Below are positions 58,313 through 64,000 of a DNA stretch of 64,000 bases, in pieces. Positions within the stretch are counted from its first letter, which is position 1. Each line of letters opens with the position of its first letter. The stretch is taken from NCBI GenBank assembly GCA_950097015.1, contig CATNEN010000037.1:1302001-1366000 (forward strand). Direction: 5' to 3'. The translations under genes were made by a program, and so were the position numbers. This DNA is from Macrostomum hystrix. Lineage: Eukaryota > Animalia > Platyhelminthes. The notes beneath the pieces are model-generated. The model made no database searches. It was not told the origin of the DNA and saw nothing but the letters and a program-made list of their open reading frames with translations.

Positions 58313-60582
58313 GTTAGATATTATTGTGATTCTTCGTATTATGGGACATCAATTCTATGGTCTAGAATTCTTTGGTTGAGATCTCAGAGAGGAAAGGAGA
58401 AATAGGAAGCCTTTAGCAGCTCAAAATCATAGCTGCCCGTATGATACCGCAAGATACTCTATAGAAACCTGTTAATTGGACTCTTTTCATGTGATGGACT
58501 TCTGTGACAAGTAAAACTCACACCGCGACAACGCGAGCTTGACGAAGAAATTTCCTGGCGACAGAAAGGATTGCTTGCTAGCGACCATAATTGCTTCGAG
58601 GTACGGCTCCGGAGGATAAGAAGCCAAAAGACGGCGTTATTTCCTGCTGTGTCAAGCGCCACAATTATGTCTAAGACGCGTAATTGCTTCTAAACAGGAA
58701 TTGTCTGCATTAGGCCTACAGAGAGATGGCAGATGGACAACACAATATAATAACATGTAATATTCCTATACCAACAAGCGTACCTGTGTGCAGAGTTGAC
58801 AATATGCGACTAATATATAAACACTGCAGGAAGAATGCATGGAAAATACTGACAAAAATAGCAATTTCCTTTTCCTTCTTTTAGTTTCTTTCTGTTTGCC
58901 TTATGACATCCGACTGCTGGGCTGACTGACTGAGCACCTATAGAGGCTAAATGCATTTTTAAATAGATTTAATAACTTAAGCAACAAAAGCAACTCGCTT
59001 TGTCAGCTGATACCCTTGACTTAATCGGAATACGAAATATGCGGAGAACATTACTGAACCCGATTTGTTCAAAAGTCTCGATTCCAGTCAATTCAATGAC
59101 CTACCTTTCTTTGTGGGCAAAGTTTTAGCCTCTTTACTAATTTGACCAACGCAATTTGGCTCACGCTGTTTCAGAGAAGTTTATTTCATTTTTAGTCGTG
59201 ACTTTATATAGCTGTCAAATCATGCTACTTTGGGCAGTGTTACCTAAAATATCGAGGTAGGAAAGCTGTGCTCAGTGTTATAGAAGTCCTAAAACGAAAT
59301 TATTTAACAAGCTGATAAAACACAGTATTATGCCGGATGATACTTATACTGCACAGTATTCTTAAACGATCAGTAAAAATCGTCAGATATGTAGAAAAAT
59401 CATTTAAAAGAGCCATGGGCCGATCAATCTGTTAGCGCCGTAACAACGTTTTTTATATATCTTACTTACTCAGTGGGATTTTTTAAATAGTAAATTCATG
59501 CAATATACGTGCCATATTATAGTGTAAGGAAGTAATTATAAAAGTCTCATAATAAGCACATCGGATTTCATAGAAAGCCATGTTGTTATATCGTGGATTA
59601 AAAGGCTAGAATTTTGAGAAAGGGGCAATCCGCATTTTTTAATTCACGTAAAATATATAGTAACCCGTCGAAACCCGGGGTTATAGCAAGAATTTTAAGT
59701 CGAATCAGCAGTTTTTTAAAGTCACAATTTAGTTAAGTCGGTAAACTTTAGTTAAATATAATTGCTACAACATATATATTTCCATTAAAATATTTTATTA
59801 ACGGTTCCCTTAGCTCCCTTATTTTTCTTAGTAGTTCGTTTTAGTAGTTGAACGTGTTACTAGTTTTCAGGAAAACATTGCACTATTCAATTAAAAAATC
59901 ATTTCTGATGAAGCGCCTAAAAAAGTATAATTCAGCTTTCTTAGATGTCTTTAGATTGTTTAGCATAAAATTAAATGCATCGTTAAAAACTGGGTTAGCG
60001 TTTAAATTTAACGGTTGTTACTTTCATAGAAATGACGAAGCTGTCAACGATCACCCAACGATCACTGACCAAAAGCTACCAACCCAGCCGCACTTCAGCC
60101 GCATCGATTTTGAAAGTAGCTTGGGCCAGCAATAAAGCCTATCAAATTTTATTAAACTATGGTCAGTCAAGATCGTGGCTGGTAAAACTATATGAGATGC
60201 TTTTATGTATATGTATAAGTTTTCCTTCTGTTAAGCAATCTTTATGCATAAAAATGGACGATCTTGTTAATATTATAGAGCTAAATACTTTTCTTCTGAT
60301 TGATCGTTTGAAAAAAGTTTTACATGAAATCTTGAGTTGTCAAGGTGTCCTGCTTATCCTGCCTTATTAAATGGCTAGCCTAGCAATTTCATAGCCATTT
60401 AATAGCCTATACTTCTAATTTAGTATAAGCCTATCCGCTAGGAATAGCTAGGCAGGCAGCTAACTATGCCTACATTAGCCTTTATTATTATTAAGTAGGG
60501 CCTAGCAAGCAACCATTTGTTTCTTAATGAGTGTCATAATATGCTTGCCTTTTTATTTATTGTAGTGCTTATCCCCACGGTA

Positions 60583-60696
60583 CCATTGCAATAATGGCCA
60601 TACTGGAGAGAAACCTATCTCTCTAGTGTTCCATGTGGATAAGCCAGTTGTTATCCCCATGGTACCATGTGGATAGTATGGCCATTATTGCAATGG
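60583..60696. other. Perfect 22-bp inverted repeat with a 70-nt spacer
   Basis: CCATTGCAATAATGGCCATACT (60583-60604) / AGTATGGCCATTATTGCAATGG (60675-60696). Confidence 0.85.
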
Positions 60697-63600
60697 AACT
60701 GGGTACCTGGACACTTCAACATCTTACAACTTTGTTATCCAGATGACGATCTGTCCAATATCTCAAAAATTGTCATGTAAAATTTGTTGGCTAGCTTTTA
60801 TGTTCCAAAGATGTAATAAACAGAGGTTGTTTTATTGGTTTGCCCTGATTGGCTCCAATCTACTACTCTACCACCACATTGAGTCTTTCTGTAGTTGAGC
60901 TGTCCTATTAAGATAACTTAATTAAATATTAATTTCCGGGAAATTTTGTGAATCTTTGACAAAATAGAACTTAACACACATTCTTGAAAACATTTTAAAG
61001 GGCTGATAAACTATAACAAATCATTTTGTTGGTAAAATGTGACAATTCTAGTGGATACTAGCTTAGCTGATTTACCTGAATTAAAAAATATACTGTTTTT
61101 ATTGTAGGGCTATTTACTAAAATCTCACAGCTGTCACCAGTTGTCGTAGAGCCCTTCTCTTTATTTTTATTCTTTGTAAATTACTTATATTTATCCACTG
61201 CAAAAATGCTTATTTAAATGTCAACTTTCGTTATGATTTAAAAATTGCCCAATTTATAGGGAAGTATAATTAACACTTTAATATAAATTCAATTACTGTG
61301 GTAGCAAATCATAAGTGCCCGAGCGGAAAGACACTTTTACTTTAACTGTATAGAATTACTCTTTTTAATACTTTCCGTTTAGGAAATAATGTAAGATTTC
61401 CGTTGTTAAGAGGTATGGGTCTAAGACCCGCGGGTCAGCCCTGGGAGGGGCTCTTCCGCTGTAGGTACTGTATATTTATTTGATACGATTGACGAAAATT
61501 ATTTTACACGATAAAAAAACGAGTGGAAAATATTTTTTGGTATATTGAGTGCGCATGATTGGGATAAAAAAATGGGTCCTCACAAAGATTAGGACATCAG
61601 GATAAAAGAGGAAATCTAAGACAAGCGCATAGTACATATGAATTTGCAAAGCCTAGCCAACCCCCAAATTGGTTAGGGTATCGCATTTTCGCATTTGTAA
61701 TTTAGCAGAAAGATTGGAGCTTAGTAATTAGATTGATAGCTTTTGGCGCATCGCAAGGGGAGCAGCCTAGGTGAGTTATAGGTAGATTGAGATTGTAGTG
61801 CGTTTTTTCGCATTGGAGGGTTACAGAAAAATTGATGGAAAAAATTTATTTGAGAGTTTGTAGCTAGATTGGTAGTCCTGGCGCATCGCACATAAGGGGA
61901 GCAGCCTAGGGTTTACATTGGTGAATTGGTTTGGTTTGGTTTGTGTCCGCAAAAAACGACTCCGTATCGGAGGGCAAAGGGCATTGCAAATTTTTAGTAA
62001 TAATAAAATAATCGAATGATCATTGAACTCTTAAAGTGATGCGAATTGGACTGGCAGGGCCTTGCAATGCTGAGCCAATACTGTCCCGTGCCCATAAACT
62101 AGCCTGAACCCTAAAAAAATTGTACTTTACCTTTCCAGTTCCGGCCCATTGTTAGGTAAACTGTCAGACACCCACCACCCCGCCTAATTTCTATAGCCTA
62201 CTCTTGCCAAAAAAATATGACCCCCCAGCGGTTCTAAGCCTATTCAATTTCTTTCTAAATCACTTAGAGAACATCCTCCCCTGCTCTCTAAAGTGACAGT
62301 GACAACTGCCCTTTATACCAAATTATGCTTCAGCCAAATAATAAATCAACAAGCCCAAGCCCATACGCCCACCCCAATCTAGTTCAAGCTTGAAATCTTC
62401 GTAACTCAAAACTAGAAAACACTTCTCACCCCAATATCACCTACTTGCAGTAAGCTGGTAAGAAACTTGCCAAATGACCCAAAGGAATACCTGGATGGCT
62501 TAGTGTCTAGTGCCGGGACTTGTTATTATTATTATTTTTTTTCCACTTTTTTGCCAAACTAAAGAGCAAGCACAACATGAGATAAACTGCTGCATATGTT
62601 GGGTGCTGTGTGGATATTGTTTTTTGGTTGCTGTTGCAGCAACAGCTGCCTCTTTTAGTTTGTCCTGCCTGGACCCCTGGGCGCTGGTGTAGCAGCAGCT
62701 ATTCTCCTCTCCAGGATTTCCCAGAGGTGATGTAGAACAGGCATTCTGGACCCCGGTTTTATCCTAATTGGATCAGGGCGCCTGTCTAGGGATTTCCGTT
62801 AAGGAAAGAATGTTTATTGTTATTTATGCTGTGGTTGAATTATGAGAAGTAAGTCTGAGAAAGATCTTTGCTTAGTATATTTAAGTGTAGCTAGAATGAT
62901 GGAGGGTACAGTAAGGGGTGTCTATGGGAGGAGCGAATGCTGAGAGAAGTACGAGCGTAAAATTAAAGTGATATTACACTGCGGTGTGGAATTCTATGGG
63001 AATCAGAATGCTAAGTGAGCTGGAGTGCAGCATTGCGGGAACAAACAAATGTAGAATAAATCTGGGTGAGCAACTGAAAATTAAGACATAAATTATAAAT
63101 ATTATGGAGAGATGTTTATCTCGACAAATACTTATTGATCACACCCAGTCTTTAAAGGCTCCAATGGATTGGAGGGTACCAAACAAGCACAACGTATGTA
63201 TTAGTTACTAACATAGAACACAAGTGAGTTTGAGTGAAAGAACTTATTGGTTTATAAAACGTTTATTATTGAACTTCCGACTTGCAGACCGTTGATTGTA
63301 GGTTGGTAAAAGCGCTTGTATTTATAGTATAAAAAGAGGTGGGTAGGCATAGTAAAACAAAGAATTTCTTTGGTGTATTAAAACAAAGCAAAAATTATAC
63401 GTGTTTTATAACTTTCTAAGAATGAGCATGAATACGGTAACAACGAAGAATTTATTCATGCGTAAAACAATATATTCTATTATGAAAGCATTGATATAGC
63501 GTAGATACAGTCTATTATAAAAGCATAGATATAGCCTATTATAACTGGCTTCCCTAGAGGCATTTTTTGAATAAGTAAAATGAGTGAGAAAAATGACTTA

Positions 63601-64000
63601 AAATTACACTCTTCAGGGAATGGCAAATGACGCGGCCAGCCAACTAGGTTGGCGCCCCATCTCGACTCAATATTTAATAGAATTTTATTAAAGTCATAGG
63701 GATTACGTGTGATTACGTGCTTGGCGTAGCTTGAACACGTCGCCAAGCTGCAATGAGTGTTTCACGGCTTAATCGAGCCTGCACAATCCAGAATGCCGGC
63801 CGGACATTCTCGCGCTGCGGCGTCAGGCGGTCCAGGCGAGCATAGGCGACGTGCAGCAGGTGTTACTTAATTATCTGGAATCTGGATCTGCCGTTTAAGA
63901 ACCACCTGCTGTGCCTTGGTCATCTGAGCCATGATGGCCGGGAAATTTCCTCCTGGGCCATCGCCTGGGGGCTGGTTGTCCTCGGCTCCGGCCTCCGGCA

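Overview
Eukaryotic (animal) genomic DNA: GC-rich spliced exons in AT-rich, extremely tandem-repeat-rich DNA. GC-rich exons, polyQ tracts, a private minisatellite in most introns and unpaired splice acceptors resemble a flatworm such as Macrostomum (inference only). Seven protein-coding genes were rebuilt from GT-AG junctions with matching phases: a long coiled-coil protein (+, 5' partial), a stand-alone cytochrome b5 domain (-), an EF-hand/WD40 WDR49-like protein (+), a ClC-3/4/5-type Cl-/H+ exchanger (-, with an internal +1 frameshift), NTF2 (+, lacking its own ATG), a class A neuropeptide-type GPCR (-) and a CAAX complexin (+). The rest holds over 20 mini/microsatellites (including a 6.4-kb 16-bp satellite with nested higher-order duplications), tRNA-derived SINEs of two or three types, two RTE-like LINE 3' fragments and three inverted-repeat DNA elements. 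Best leads: an NTF2 exon that may take its start codon from a spliced-leader AUG, the ClC frameshift plus a 62-nt exon copy in one of its introns, a minisatellite inside a hAT MITE, and a structured SINE with an HDV-ribozyme-like loop. No CRISPR, rRNA or intact tRNA genes were seen. All calls were made by eye, with no database searches.
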